From Negaprion brevirostris (lineage: Eukaryota), in assembly GCA_030324005.1 (NCBI GenBank), contig JARDVH010000179.1, positions 15,006,241 to 15,070,240 of the forward strand: a stretch of 64,000 bases of DNA, read 5' to 3'. Both the position numbers and the translations under genes were made by a program. The stretch's first letter is position 1. Each line of letters opens with the position of its first letter. The notes under the pieces were generated by a model. It ran no database searches, had not been told where the DNA came from, and worked only from the letters and a program-made list of their open reading frames with translations. Positions 1 to 14,670 of the stretch are shown piece after piece.

Positions 1-250
1 AGGATGGTGAATGTGTGGAATTCACTACCACAGAAAGTAGTTGAGGCCAAAATGTTGTGTGATTTTAAAAAATTGGAAAATCTCTAGAGGCTAAAGGATC
101 AAGGGAAAGGGGGCAGTGAGGAAGGGGGGGGTGGTTAGGGGGTGGTGGTGGATCAAGATATTGAATTTGATGATCAGCCATAATGAAAATGAATGGCAGA
201 GCAGGCTTGAAGAACCAAATAGTCTACTTCTCCTTCTACTTTCTATGTTT
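1..250 (+). mobile_element. CR1-clade LINE 3' end fragment
   Basis: gtgaatgtgtggaattcactaccacag...gatcagccataatg...gaatggcagagcaggcttgaag...ctacttctcct tail; related tails at 3375-3445, 21090-21260, 25660-25760, 49830-49935 and 60490-60565. Confidence 0.7.
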
Positions 251-2084
251 CTGTGGCTTTGGCAGGGCCAAAAGATCCCACTGATGGCCAATGCAGAGCC
301 GTCTCCACAATGGGAAAACTCGCCACAGACTGCTGGAACATTTCAATCATTAATTAATAACTTTCCACTTTCTTCAAGGCTAATGGATTTCTGTGCTCTA
401 AGCCAAGCCTCATTGTGTGTTCTTGGCTGACAGCCCAGACATCCAACAGAACATTAAAACACCTGAGTCCCAGGGAAAACAACAAAAGCTTTTTTTTCAT
501 ACATACCTTACTGTCACCACAGGATTCATTGGTTCTATGCAGTATACAGCATGTGAATGAGCATAGCTAGGCATGAGGGGCTAGAAGGGTTGCTTGGGAA
601 GGCACACCTTGGCATGTTGGGTCATGAGGGGCCTTAGAGGGCATTGGGAGTGTATGGGTGATGAGGGAGTATGAGGGGTGAGGGTGTACGAAGGGTGAGG
701 GTTGGAGAACATTTCTGTTTTTATTACAACTGGGACAAAGTCCTACAGCACATTTTAAATAGCTCGCCTTTGCATTTTCAGTCCATGACAGCCTCCGAAC
801 TTTTTCTTAGGTCAGTTGGCCTGAATACAAACCACACCCTCCCCCACCATGAAAATGACATCCTTGTGGCCACCTTCTGCCAAGATGGGCAGGTTGAGCC
901 AAGAATTTTCTTGACTTCCACTACCATCTCAAGGATGAAAATCCAGCTCCAAAAGGCTTGGACTAAGGGCCCAGTTTACACTAACATAGTTTTATAGCAA
1001 TCCTCCAAGTTGTTATTGCTAAAATATGTAGGAACCGCACCACAGGGACATTTAAATTCTTCTTGATTCTAGTCTGGCACTGCCACATATTGTCCTGGAA
1101 GTAATCACACAAAGGAAGAGATGACTTCTTTTAAAGGCAGGAACTGCATCTTCCAGACCAATTTCTAAGCCTTCTCAAATACTGCTTCCTGGAATTACCA
1201 TTAGTGGGTGGGTTGCTCCATGACACTGACCAAAGGAGATAGTTGAAGTGTGAGAGCAGGACAGGAAAGGATTAATAATGCAAACTAAACTTGAAAAATA
1301 AACTACTGTGTGGAGAACAGAGAAACAGCTCAGGCGAGTTTGGAAGAAATGCTTTATTTTCATGCTTTAAAAAATTGATTTTACATACAAATCTAATTAT
1401 CAGAATAAACCATGACTATCACAAGGAGTGTTCAGCCTTTACTGACAGGATTGCTCACTATCTTACTCAACATTTGAAAGTCATATGTTAAAGTAAAACA
1501 GACAAATCTAAAAAGGCTGCCTCCTTACTCTGAGGTGAAAGACTCCTCTCCTGACAGCTGATTTGCCAATTGTCTAAGATCATCAGCATTTTTTTAGTTC
1601 TTTTGTTTCCCTTACCGGTTTTCTACACTTATTGAACAATGAATGCTAGCAGGCTTTCTGTCCATGGAAGGTCAGCATCATAGTTGAGACCAGTCCAATC
1701 CTCATATGCGCACTGTTCAGCACGAACATAATTCGGGGTTAATGTTCCCTGTTCCAAGAGTGGGGCAACTGAAGCTAATGATAGTTCCCCCATTGCTACC
1801 TTGGCTGAAAGCAGTAAAATGTTTGGACCTGTCCCTCCGGGAATGTGTGGTTTAGTATTATTGAACTGTAAAATTACATAGTTATTTGCAGCCTCTCTCA
1901 ACAAGGTCCCAGATTATGGAAAGGACCCATAGATTATCTGGCTCTTTGGCCGTAAATGGCACTTCATGTAACTCAATCAGCACAAGACATGCTTGAAACA
2001 AGGGGGCAATCTAGAAGTAACAAGATGGCTGAGGTTTCACAGTAATATGGATTACTCAGCTATGTTCAATCATGAGGCATAATC

Positions 2085-2445
2085 ACAAACCTAAGCTACA
2101 CCGTCTGTAACTGAACGATATGTATGAGATGGCCCAGGATTTGAGTCCTAATCACTGAGCAGACTGATCTCAGCTGGACAATGGTGCAAGCTCTGCAAGT
2201 GACCTGATCAATGGATTAGAAAGGGGAAAATCAGCTATGTCTCCTAATCTTTAGCCAATGTCCCTAAAAGTGTGACTGTGCTTCAAATAGATAGGTCCAT
2301 GATCAAATAGCCTTTCAATACTGCTGTCCAGATGTAGATATGAAAAGTTATCATTTAGGTGTGATACAAGTGGATGACTTAGCTTCCACAGAACTGTACA
2401 CTAGCCTAAATTAACACTTTCAAGAGATCAGGAAAGGATGAATGG
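2085..2445 (+). repeat. Old, highly diverged SINE-like interspersed repeat (unassigned family)
   Basis: Shares motifs such as aaagtg..tgtg, tcaaatagcct, gaactgtac and ttcaggagagg with 23290-23580(+), 35680-36010(+), 53830-54085(+) and reverse copies 2640-2990, 6590-6850, 30800-31075 and 53555-53800; matched by eye. Confidence 0.45.
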
Positions 2446-4019
2446 GGAACAGGCAAAAATGATTATAAAAAATGAAACAGTTGGATCCTCTGCACGAGTT
2501 ACTGTTTTGCATTTAGGACACTTATAATAATTGAAAGAAACAGTCCATTTCTATTCTGAAAACGTGTGTTTAAAAGTTGCTCTGGAAATTCAATGCTTTG
2601 TTCTTCCAACTTCCTCTTCTCTGATTCTTTCCCCCTAACTTTGCTGCCTCCTTCCTTTTCTGCATTTACTCAAATCTGCTGCCATTCTGTACAATGGACA
2701 TTGGCTACCCTCTTATACCACACCCAAATGCCAGTCATCAAATGCAAAACCATAGATTAAGTGCCAGCAAGTGCAGTCACAACTGAACATAAACTGGTCC
2801 TCCTCATGGTCTCATATTTTCAGCAGGAAATTGTGGACAGTAACACAGAACTGAAAATTCGGCTAACGTTTCTCCCTCCCTAATTCATGCTAATTGTGCC
2901 AACTCTCATCTTGACTGAGAATAACAGACTTATCAAACCTAGACCTTCCTGGTTGATATGATTGAGTGAGCTATTGGGAGCTTTCTTTTATGCCTTCGAC
3001 AACCAAGCATGAATAATTTGAGATACTGTGATAACTTGGAACTGTTTGCCAATTTGCCACTGTTTATCAAAGTCCAGGACAGCTGAACCAAGAGATCTGG
3101 TACATTACAGTCAAGAACTATTGAAATTGTAAGTTATATAGTTCACACTTTCAGCAGGTAAGGTGACAGTGTTGGAGAGTAGAACATTTTTAAAAAATTT
3201 TATATTCAATTTGGATCCAAAAAGCCTGGGCTGGATACCAGTTAGTACTAAACTGAATGTCTTCTTGATGTCCCNNNNNNNNNNNNNNNNNNNNNNNNNN
3301 NNNNNNNNNNNNNNNNNNNNNNNNNNNNNNNNNNNNNNNNNNNNNNNNNNNNNNNNNNNNNNNNNNNNNNNNNNCATGATCAGCCATGATTTTATCGAAG
3401 GGCTAGATGGCCTACTCCTGCTCCTATTTCATATGTTCTTATGATGTGTGCCCTGACAGTACAGTTCTTCAACTATTCAGCAGTGAAAGGCTGAGAAGTT
3501 TTCTTGCCGATGACTTTTAAAGCCATTATCCCCCCGGCTGTATTACAATACATTTCCAGGTCTATGATGTAAGCTGGGGAGGAGGCTTCAGAAAACCATG
3601 ATTTTGCTCCCTCTCTGTGCTTGGATTCAAAGGAGGTTGGGAGAAGGGGAGTTATTTCTTATTCTCAGCTCTTAAGCATTTTTTCTGATTAGTATCAGGT
3701 TGCTTAACTAGTGTTCCTAAAAGAGACAGCTCAAAAAGTGACTCCAAAATGGTCCTAGGAGCATTTATAGGCTCATCAATGCTGCCACCCACCTTGCCTT
3801 CTTTGTTTGGATCCCCCTCAATTTCTGACTTAGTTTCACAGAACAGTCACTTGACTCTTCCCTTCCAGAACCATTAGGCCTGGATGACCCATATTAATAT
3901 TGAGTTAAGTAGGAAATCTTCTAAAACCTGCACTGATGGGAGCAGGGTGGTAGGGAATTAGCCGTTTTATCGATAAATTTAAAGGTGAATCATTAAATGA
4001 GGTAGAACAAAAGATACTT

Positions 4020-4210
4020 TCTTTATGGAAGGAAATCTGTCATCCTTACCTAGTCTGGCCTACATGTGACTCCAGAGCCATAGCAATGTGATTGGCTCTC
4101 AAGTGCCCTCTGAAATGGCCTAGCAAGCCATTCAGTTCAATAGCAACTAGGGATGGGCAATAAATGCTGGCCAAGCCAGTAACATCCATATTCCACAAAT
4201 GAATAAAAAC
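4020..4210 (+). mobile_element. 3' half of a tRNA-derived elasmobranch SINE
   Basis: ggaaggaaatctg...tggcctacatgtgactccag...ggatgggcaataaatgctggcc; same family as 32190-32590, 40985-41340 and 55370-55680. Confidence 0.7.
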
Positions 4211-4779
4211 ACAGCCAGCCCACCCACTGGTTCAGAAAGCCTAAAGATGCAGCATCACTTGATTTATGGTGGCACGGTGGTTAGCACTGCTGTCTCACTG
4301 TGGGACATGCAGGGACCTATGTTCAATTCTGACCTTGGTGATTCTGGGCTTGGGTAAAATGCTCTTTTGCAGAGTTGGTGCAGACTCAATGGACTGAATG
4401 GCTTCCTTTGCACTGTGGGGATTCTGTGATCTGAACTTTGTAAGCATCAGTTGAGAAACAAGCATCATGTACACGTTAGACGGTAGGTGTAATCTTCGCA
4501 TGTTGAATCATAATGCACAAGTGCACAGGAGCCAGAATAGAGAGATAAAGTGTCACAAGTGTGAAGATATATTTTAGCTCTTTCTCCACTGGACTCAAGA
4601 TTCCAACTGTGAAGCCCCAGAATATCAATGAAGGCTTTGAGAATTCATTAGGGAAAGCTATGTGCGTTGGGCTGCTTGCCAACAAGTTTGTATGCAAATT
4701 GTTGAGAGTATGGAGTTTTTCAGCTCCAACTTATATTGATGCTTACACAGAGCATGGAGTCCATTCTGTCACGCATGGA

Positions 4780-4950
4780 GTGAATGATCTCCATGACAAC
4801 ACCTCAGCCAATCAGAGCTGACTTGTCAAACAATCAGCATCCTTTTCTCCTGGAGTATAAGTTGCTGTGATTTGAAATTTGGCATTCTTGTGTTTGTCCC
4901 GATGAGTGCAAGATGAAAAGCTTTGGCAACATGAATCTCTTCTCAGCAAT
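4780..4950 (+). mobile_element. Penelope-like terminal fragment with a decayed hammerhead motif (4895-4928)
   Basis: Reverse-complement homolog of 40080-40330; core reads CCGATGA (U to C change). Confidence 0.55.
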
Positions 4951-7900
4951 TTTCAAACTGGGAGGTATTGCTTCTGTCATCTGCTGTGGCCTGGAATTAA
5001 CTCAGCATACAAATTAAGGGCTCCGTGTCTTGGCACACACTGGTAGTGTTATCCAGGTTGTGATGCAAGGTTCCAGTCATGGTTGCAGTTGATGGCTTGA
5101 TAAGAAGCTTCCTTGATGAAGCACAGGAGCTACCTGCATTACTTTTCAGTAAAAGTTGACAGATCAGAGATTCTCTTTCAAGAGCTGCTGTGGGTATGTG
5201 CAGCACCCTTTTCCTTCTACTGCTTTCTCCTTTCTGCTCCCTCCTTACATTTCAGCTTCAAAGACAGACCTATGAGATCACCCATAACTAGAAACAGGAC
5301 TTCCAAAGCAGACAAGCGCAAGTTAGTACCAGCACAAAGTTATTCCCAGGACTCAGAAGTCACTTGTGAAATGTAGAAAAGACACAGAAATTAACTCGCA
5401 GCCTACAGAACAGGCAGAAATTAAAGTATAGGTGTCTAGGCTATTAGATTACGTGGAGTCTGTGCTGACATTAACATGAGTTTATTATGTGGTGAGCTTT
5501 GTGCTTTATGTGAAGACAATTTTTCAGGACACACTTTCCACCTTATTCTAATTCTGTGGTCTTGAAACATGACCAAACAGAACCTGTTTTGCTGGTACTT
5601 AATAACTCATAAGCCTTCAATAAGTAGAGAACAGAAAGTATATTTCTGGTCAGAAGCATGCTGCCTATAAATATTGGAAAAGCTGGAGAGGCATATATCA
5701 GGAGCACAGGAACATTTAAACTGCAGAATTATTTATAAAAATAGGACCTATTCTTGATTTTCATTTTCCAAAATGCTAAAAATGCACAGCACAATCAGCT
5801 ACTTGCACTCACCCCTCAGAGGCCCATTCCGTGCTGAGATCTTCAATCTCTCCTCATTCCTTTCTTAGCCTTAGAACCAATCTTTCCAAGGCCCAATTCC
5901 TTATTCTCAGAACTGGTCTTTTTCTGTGACCCAATCTTTTGTCTTTAGAACTGATCCTTCCCTGAGGCAGACACTCTCTCTCCACTGTACATACACCCAA
6001 GCCTGAAGAACCAATCTCTTCACGCAGGCCCTATATCCCTGCTTTCCAGGGAGCAATCCTTCACTGCCCTTTTGCCCCATACCCTCCCCATCCCAGGCTG
6101 CCCTTACATGAAGAATGCTGTGGAAATAATAGCTATCTGATCTAACTTCAATTTTCACTGTACTGGCATAATATTCAATCCAATGTACATCCTTGAACAT
6201 CTTTGTGCAGAGGATTAAACCTGAGCCCTCCCCATGTACCCTAAAATGGGAGGCCTGAAATTTCTGGGCCTGTGCTCTCACATCTGGGTTTTGGATTCCC
6301 CTAATTTGTTGTTCCCCATCTACCCTGTCAATTCCTGTCACTATTTTAAACATCTCGATCACATCAGCTCAGTGCTTCTTGAGGTCGCCGCTGATCAGAG
6401 TACAAGTCATTTTTACAATAATAGTAATAGTTGTATATCTCACTACTACAGGATAATGTAAACAATGTTCTGTGTAGTAATAAAGATGCTTTATTAGAGT
6501 CTTAACCATTTGGGAAGTTGTCTTGACAGCTTCATAATTAATATGAAGCAATGTGATGATCTAAATATTGCAATTTTCTTTAACCTCTCTCGAATTTCTC
6601 TCTTGTTCTCCTGAACATTCTAACTTCATGGTTTGATAGCTGCTTGTTGTCAAGTACTGCTTCCAAGTGACTATATTTCAACATGAACATAGGCAATCAG
6701 TACTAGCAGGGTATCTGATCTTGCAGTGTATGATAACCAAGTCCCATTGTCTTCATTCAGGCATCCAGAATTCTCTGAACAGTAAGCAGAGGGAACCTCA
6801 ACTAATTTGCCACATCACCTCCAGCTTGAAGATAAGAGGTCAACTATAAAACCCAAGGCAATTAATGTAGTGCAAGATGGGACTTCACTGTTTTTGCTGC
6901 CTAGTCCAAAACCACACAGTGTATTTTCTTTCACTCCAATTATTGTGATATATTGCCACTTTCCTTAAATCTAACCTGTGGCAGCAGCCTTCTGTCTTGC
7001 AAGACCATGGTTTTCACCCTTGTGGCCAATTCTGTGTTAAGTATTGCCTGGTGTGGTTTAGGAACTTCATCCTGACATGGCAGTCTCTGCGATATTTGCT
7101 GTAGAGGAAGACAATGACTGCATCAGAAGGTGCACGACTGGCTGGTCTCTGCTTTCTCTGAGTCATCTTCTTGGGCAGCTGAGCGTTGTGTTTCTGCTTG
7201 TCTCTTCAATGTCCTTCCAAACAGTCAGTCTCCAGAAACCACAGCCCTCAACGATTATCTCCCAGTTGTTAGTCTCAACACCTACATCTTCATATCTCAC
7301 TTGCCGCGGTCCTTGGCGTGGAGTATGAAGGCTCAACAGGTCATCAGCCAGTAGCCATTTCACCGTATTGAAAGTCTTTGGGTATAGGGCCATCATCTAT
7401 CTGATATGCATTATAAATTCAGGATGCTTGCAGACAGAATATCACATCAGGGGAGCTGACAACAAAATGTTGGTTAAGGCCACTTATTTTATCTTCTATT
7501 TTCCTCAGGATCCTCACATGCATCCTATTAATTTATGATATTTTGTCATCCTTTATCTTGGCTAATTCCCCTAATACTTTAATTTATTATATCAGCCCTC
7601 ATTTTGCTAATAAGCAGTTCAGAGCTTTTCTTATAGAAATGTAGAATATTTTCCTTAGTAAACACTCCTTGTCAGTTTTGGCATATCCCCTACAGCCTCA
7701 CCACCCTCTCCTCTCAAGGATCCCAATTCACATTCAATAAATCTCTAGTTATATATTTGTACAATACATCACTGTCCTTTTAACATTTTTGTAATTCTTA
7801 TTTTTATGCCCTCTTCTTCAGTGTAACTTCTTTATCTACAGCATACTGAAGTGTAGCTGCTTTTTTAATCGGTTATATATTTATTCTGCTGGTGTGGTTC

Positions 7901-10064
7901 CACATTTACTTGTTACTCATAAATCACAACAGTTCTATCTTTGTAGGCGTGCAAGTATACTGCTTAAGGAAAGTGACTGGTTAACATTATACTAATTCGA
8001 TTCACCCTTCTCCATTTGTACCTATCAATATTTGCTTTTCTATTTGCTCCTTCCTAAAAATATTATAGCCTAAGGTGTTTATTGCAGTAACAATACACTG
8101 CCTGAAACAAAACTGAGAACCAAGGGATCTGCCTAGCCCTCCATATGAAGAGTTGATGTGTGAAAGTTTTTCAGCTGACTTAATGAAGAAGGAACCAGTA
8201 TTTAGAAGCAGATTATTCTATAATCAGTTACTCAGCTGAGCACTGTCAGTACAGAAATGAGGCATCTCATACTTACCTCTGACAACCAATTTCTTTCTCT
8301 TCATAACCTTTCTTAGCTCTATGCTTTTGCTATTATGAGGAACATTGCTCCTCTGAGCTTTTCTCTATTACAAAGTTAAAAATAATAAAAACAAATATAT
8401 GTATTGTAATTAATACTGCAGTTTCTTAATTGACTGCCTGACCTGTAAGTGCCACAAGTTCACTTTTCTAGAATTCTTTAACAGTTAAATACCTACCCCA
8501 CTAAAGCTGCAGGATGTCCCTATAATACAGCATTACCTCTTACTTACTGGGAACATGGAATCTTACCACTATACAAAACCATATGTTAACATGTATCCAC
8601 CACATTTGAAATACCTCAGAAAAATCAGATAGCAAAGAAGTGTCAAAATCTTACCAAAAATGCCAATTTTCTGTAGTTTTAAACTGACCTCTCCTCACAA
8701 GCAGAAACTGTAAGTTGCTAATGCACAGAAACATCCCTCAACAATTAGCCTCTAATTGACCACAGGATCTGTCTGATAAAATCACAAAGTGTCTGAACAG
8801 TGACCGTAAGGCCAGGTTAAGTACAATTTATTCATAGCAGCTTAATGCTGCAACTGTGCTCCACCTCCAGATGTCAAGGGAGACCAACTAGTATTATACA
8901 AATGCTGGCATATATAAGTCTTATTGCCATTGCTTCAATGTGTGCTTTGAGTACAATTAATGTTTGCTGGTGTTGAACTTATTTCTAAAACCTGATGTTT
9001 CTAGTTATAACATTGATCATGTAGGCAAAAATTTAACATGGGCAGAGTATGGACTTAAGGCTGAGTCTAGTAATTGACTCATTCTCATTCACGTGAACAA
9101 TATAAGGTCACAATGCATTCAAAATAAATTCAAAAAGGGGCCAGATGCGGCAGACAGGCAGGGAAGGAACCAGCAGGGAACAAATGGAAAACCTCCAGGC
9201 AATATTTCCTGAAGAAAGCAAGGGATTGCTTAAACAATAGATATTGATAAACTTCTGATATCCGATAGGCTCAACCAATACTAAACAGCAAACTTCTTCC
9301 TTCAAAATGGGCATAAAAAGGAAACTTTTTTTTCTAATTTTCTTGCTGAAACACACTTTGTATTTTTGAACTCCTTGATTTTCAACTGTCCCAAAAAGTA
9401 ATTATTTGACAAACACTTTTTCACTGAGGTGATGGTGCTTTTATCCATCCATATAAACTTTAAAAGTATTTATAGTAAAAGCAAAAAAAACCATATATCC
9501 ATTATTTCAATTAACTCCAGCAAGAGTATTGGAAGGAGTGTGAGTTTTCATGACCTGTAAACATGGATCCTCATAAACCATATAGAAAGTTGAAATTCTT
9601 GCTCCTGGTATATCTCAAGTTGCTGATGCTAACAGATCCTCATGTTCCCAGAGCAACAATGCAAGGATAGCCCTTTCCAAAACTCCAGGCCCAAAAAATT
9701 TGAACAGAACAAACCAGCAAGTGAGAAATGTGTGAAAATTGAAACATGAGGCTGCATGGGCTGTATTGCCAGGACTTGCCAGCCACGTATGACCCATGAG
9801 CCACAGTTTGTATACCCCAGATTTGCTGAGATGCAAAAATAAATAACCAGGTTGGGAAATTAGTGCTATTAAAAATGTTCTATTCTCTATTACTGTGACA
9901 TCTAAAGCGAAACAGCATGGATGGGAAAGCGTAGAAAACATACATCAAGCAGAATTGGAAGCACAGCAAATTAAGGAAAGCTGTTTTTCTTTCTCTGTGA
10001 TTCTCTGTTTTGTTCTTTTTGGACAGTATGACATCATTTGCGATTCAATCATTTCCCTCCACTA

Positions 10065-10235
<171 letters not shown>

Positions 10236-10575
10236 TTATTGTTGGTTACACCTTCCCCCTGTATGTAGTATTTTCCCAAACATTTAGTAAATTTTTACTC
10301 ATGCTTCTTTCAATTTTCTAAAATCTGTTAATTTTCACATATCGAAGAAGTTGAGAAAATTTGATAACTGGCTCCACTCTGTCAACACCAAGGATCAACA
10401 CCAGATGAAATTAATAAGTGCAAATTACCCTGACTCTTTCCCAGTAGTGCCGCTCACCTGCTTCACACATAGCAATGACAGTGACATGGCAGGAACCTGT
10501 CCTTCCAGTTGGCACATTATGAAGAGTAAAGTAGTGATGCAGGAGAAACGGAGACTCTAATAATAATGCACTTAC

Positions 10576-10683
10576 ATTTGTGAGGCGTCACTAGTAGGTC
10601 AATTGTCTTCTGGGAGAGGTTCGGCCAGATAGACATCATCTCCTTTCTCAACTCTCGGTCCATTTGGTGTTTATCAGCCCCTC
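10576..10683 (-). CDS. CACNA1A: Exon 39 (108 nt): [36 protein letters not shown] (pre-IQ)
   Basis: Acceptor ttccttgttag, donor AAT|gtaagt; seen in ORF 10517..10711. Confidence 0.96.
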
Positions 10684-10800
10684 CTAACAAGGAAACAGAT
10701 TGGTAGAACATTTTGGAGTCTTAATGAGGCTGCAATTGTTGTAAAAATGTTTTTATGGCAACGACAATGGAGCAAGATTTCCTCTATGTGCCATATGATA

Positions 10801-11120
10801 ATCACAGATTCCCTACAGTGCAGAAGGTGGCCATTCGGTCCATTGAGTCTGCACCAACCATAATCCCACCCAGGCCCTATTCCCATAGCCCCACATATTT
10901 ACTTTGCTAACCCCCCTGACACTAAGGGACAATTTAGCATGGCCAATAAACCTAACCCACACATCTTTAGACTGTGGGAGGAAACTGGAGCACCTGGAGG
11001 AAACCCACGCAGACACGGGGAAAATGCGCGAACTTCACACAGTGACCCACGGCCGGAATTGAACCTGGGTCTCTGGCATTATGAAGCAGCAGTGCTAACC
11101 ACTGTGCCATTGTGCCACCC
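10801..11120 (-). mobile_element. HE1-type V-SINE, near full length
   Basis: tRNA-like head with A and B boxes (ggcacagtggttagcactgctgc...ggttcaattcc), V-domain gtttcctcccacagtc, CR1-like tail ctgcactgtagggaatct. Confidence 0.8.
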
Positions 11121-11509
11121 CTATCCTCTTCTTCATATGGATAGAGAACAGAGGGAAAGCTTCCCCATGTTACTTGGCAGTCTGTAATACATAAGTGAAG
11201 CAGTTGTGATACATAACCATGATGGTGTCTATATTTATATTTAAAATTAAGTAGTTGGTATTGGGGTACAGAGGTTTTGTGTGGGAGCACCTCCTTAGTG
11301 CATCAAACACAAATCTAAGCTATGATTTGCCTCTTCAGGGTGGATTAGTATGAGGTGTATTGGAATAGAGAGATGCTGAGCAGAGGTTATAATTTCCCAT
11401 AATGAAGGAGGCAGAATCATAACAGCTTCCCTAAACTTTCTGGCAGTTGATGTTAGAATGAAATTGAAAGAGGTCTGGAAGCTAGATATTTCCCTGCCTG
11501 GGAAAGAAC

Positions 11510-11830
11510 TGACTTACTTTTATTTAGTGTCTTAATGCATCTTTCAGAAGTAATTAATTAATGTGAAGTGCAGTAATGGCTACTGCCTTTTGTGTACATG
11601 GCAAGAGCTGAAAAATGGTAGTAGGTGGAATCATCAGTTAAGTCTGAGTTTTTGTGCTTTGGCCGAGGGAGGGCATCAGAAGAACAATCCAGTCTTCTTC
11701 AAATGGCACCAGGGCACCCTCCACCTGAAGCATTCGGCACAACAAGTCTTAGGTTAATTATGTATCTAAAGGATGGCATCTCCCCCAACACAGCATTCCC
11801 TCAGTATTTGACTGAATTGTCAGGTTAGGT
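11510..11830 (-). mobile_element. Diverged Deu-domain SINE (SacSINE1/AmnSINE1-like)
   Basis: Minus strand tactgagggaatgctgtgttgggggagatgccatcctttagat...caggtgga...tgccatttgaagaaga resembles the recalled Deu domain. Confidence 0.55.
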
Positions 11831-12475
11831 CAGGGGTCTGCAAGCTGTGACTCCAAACACCTGATTTGTAGCCACAAATCTTTCTGGCTGGATTTTATGA
11901 ACATGAAAAAAGCCTAAACAAAATCAAGGCAAGAAAAGTAGGAGCCGTGTTGTTACTGTGGGGATAAAATGCTCATCATGATGCTGCACTTTACAGTTTC
12001 AGATGATCATTTTAATGAAAGGTATCACTGTGCTCTAAATCTATTGAAGTGGGAGACTAACATCATTGTTGTTTAGTTTGAAGAATAGGTTTTACAGCTG
12101 TGATCATTATTGTTTCAATATAGCTGAGATGTTAAATAATCACGAATGTGCTATTCAAAGCCTTTTTATTGTGAGAGTTAATTGTTGACACAATTATCTT
12201 AATTCTATACATCTAAGTTAAAGTTTGTTTTAAAGATGAGTTTATTAACAAGATCACATTAAAAAATTCAAAATCTGTGATAATTCAGTTAGGCCTGTTT
12301 TAACTTTGATCTTTTTCGATTTTTTTCTATTGATATAATAATTTAGTACACATATTCTATGATTGATGAAAATTATGCATTCTACTTGGGACACTTGCCA
12401 ATTTGGCAAGTATTTGATTCAGAACTTTTTGACTTGTGGCAAGACGTTTCAGGTTAGAATGATCATTGACCCTTG
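11831..12475. mobile_element. Putative ancient hAT-type non-autonomous DNA transposon
   Basis: Termini CAGGGGTC...GACCCTTG (1 mismatch); 8-bp flanks ggttaggt and cactaggt; AT-rich interior. Confidence 0.35.
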
Positions 12476-12658
12476 CACTAGGTTATGGACATGAGACGTG
12501 AACCCCCTTTGGGGGCATTGACACAACAAAAAGACCTGTCAGTAGAGCCTCCAAACAATAAATGAATGCCCCATCTTTCATCTACGTGGTAACACGAAAT
12601 AATTGGACGCCTAGTATGTAAAAATCTTCACGAACTTTTCTTTGTTAGCCAATGACTA

Positions 12659-12892
<234 letters not shown>

Positions 12893-14099
12893 TTAGTTTA
12901 ACCATCGTCAACCAGCTCATTCCATTTGTGTACAGATGCAAGTACGCAGGTCATCATTGCAATTTGACACGATGCACACAAATAATCCGTGGAACAGTAA
13001 ACAATGCAATGGTCATTCCCAGTTCCACTTGAGGTACTGACATCCAGTTAACAAACACAAGTGATGCGGATGCATGCAGCATGCAGCACAAGTACCCCAC
13101 AGGACAAGCAGTGCAGTCAAGTTCAGACAGAAGCTTCTAAGGATAAGACATTGTGTTTCATTCACAGCTATGCTATAAATGCTATTGCTCAAAATCTGCT
13201 CTCTCAATGCAATGGAGCATTATTCAAGGATAATTAATAGCAGCATCCAGAGGTTCTTGAGTGTATTAGGGATGGACAAAGATTGTGCACTTGATACAAT
13301 TAAAGCCGGAAACTATGAAATGGTTTGCAGGTTATTTTTGTGGAAAGTGTAATGCAAATAATGGTGGGAGGGAGACAGAGTGCCAGAGATAATGGGGAAA
13401 AGAAGGTTGGCAGAGGCAGCATAGAGAGGGAGGATGAGACAGTGAGAGCTGAAAATGGCAGAGATATTTGAAGAAGTAACCAGAAATCAAGAAGTGCTGA
13501 ATTTAAGGAATAGCGGCACTCACTTAAGACATACATCTTCTAACTTGGGTTCCTTAGTGGTATCCTAGGGTTGTGAAGGATTTCTATATATTGCATTACC
13601 GACACATTTCTATTTCTGTACAATGATGAAAAGATCTCTGTGGTCATAACCCTGTGTTCCTATAAAACACTGAAGTTAGGACAGGGAATTGTTGGTCTTC
13701 AGTTTGTCAATATCACTTTTCCAGTTGGTCTTCAGTATATCAGTCTTGATCAACAGAAGTATGTAATCATTATTTTCAAAAGCTCTTAACCAATGTGAGA
13801 GATCTGGTACACAGAAAATTTGGAGGCTGGCTGAATCAAGCTATTTGTGCTGCAAGATGTAACTCTCTTAGGTACCCAGGTCCTGTTCATTACAGTGTGG
13901 TTAATTTTTGATCCAGGACCACAACCCCAAACAATGTCATGACTCAGAGGTCTGCTCTCAGGAATAATTGAACTTACTGCACTACCATGTGACACAGATA
14001 GGACACAGGATCACACCTCTGGACATCTCCTGAGGTGGGTCATATCACACTATCTAATGTGCATTCAACTTCCCAACTATGAGAACGATCATTAATTCT

Positions 14100-14670
14100 A
14101 AATCAGGGTGGAATGTGACTTGAAGGGGAAATTACATGTGGTGGTTTTCCCATGGATCTGCTGCCCATGTTCTTCTGGGTAACAGTGGATTTGGAAGGTG
14201 CCGTTGAAGGATCTTGCTAACTTGCTGTATTTTGTAGACGGTACACTGCCAAATTGCACTGGTGGTGGTGGGAGTGAATTTTTAAGGTGGTGATAGGGGA
14301 CCAACCAAGTAGACTGTTCTGTTATGGATGGTCAAAGTAGTTGGAGCTACACTCATTTAGGCAAATTGAAAGTGTTCTCTTCCAAGAATGTTGATGAAAT
14401 TCAGCAATGATATTGGTACTGAACATCAAGAGATGATGATTAGATTCTCTCTTGTTGGAGATGGTTATTGCCTGGCACTTATGTGGTGCAAATGTTACTT
14501 GTCATTTATCAGCCCAAGCCTGGATCTTGTCCAGGTCTTGCTGCGTATGGACACTGCTTTACGAGGAGTTGCAAATTATACTGAACATTGTGAAATCATC
14601 CATGAACATTCCCACTTCTGACCCTATGATGGTACAAAGGTCATTGGTGAAGCAGATAAAGATGACTGGG
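14100..14670 (-). mobile_element. Degenerate CR1/L2-group LINE ORF2 3' fragment
   Basis: Minus strand shows RT C-terminal-like remnants with many stops; resembles recalled shark LINE 3' regions. Confidence 0.45.

Noticed and set aside
1605-1630. tgtag|AAAACCG|gtaagg as a microexon
   Set aside because: It is 7 nt (frameshifting), has a poor pyrimidine tract, abuts a repeat arm and has no known counterpart.
5907-6362. 151-aa minus-strand ORF
   Set aside because: Its N-terminus is a CR1 remnant (IEMFKIVTGIDRVD) and the rest has no recognisable homology or splice structure.
10678-10686. NAGNAG alternative acceptors at exon 39 (TAGGAG) and exon 35 (CAGGAG)
   Set aside because: A distal GAG is rarely used as an acceptor, and nothing else supports it.
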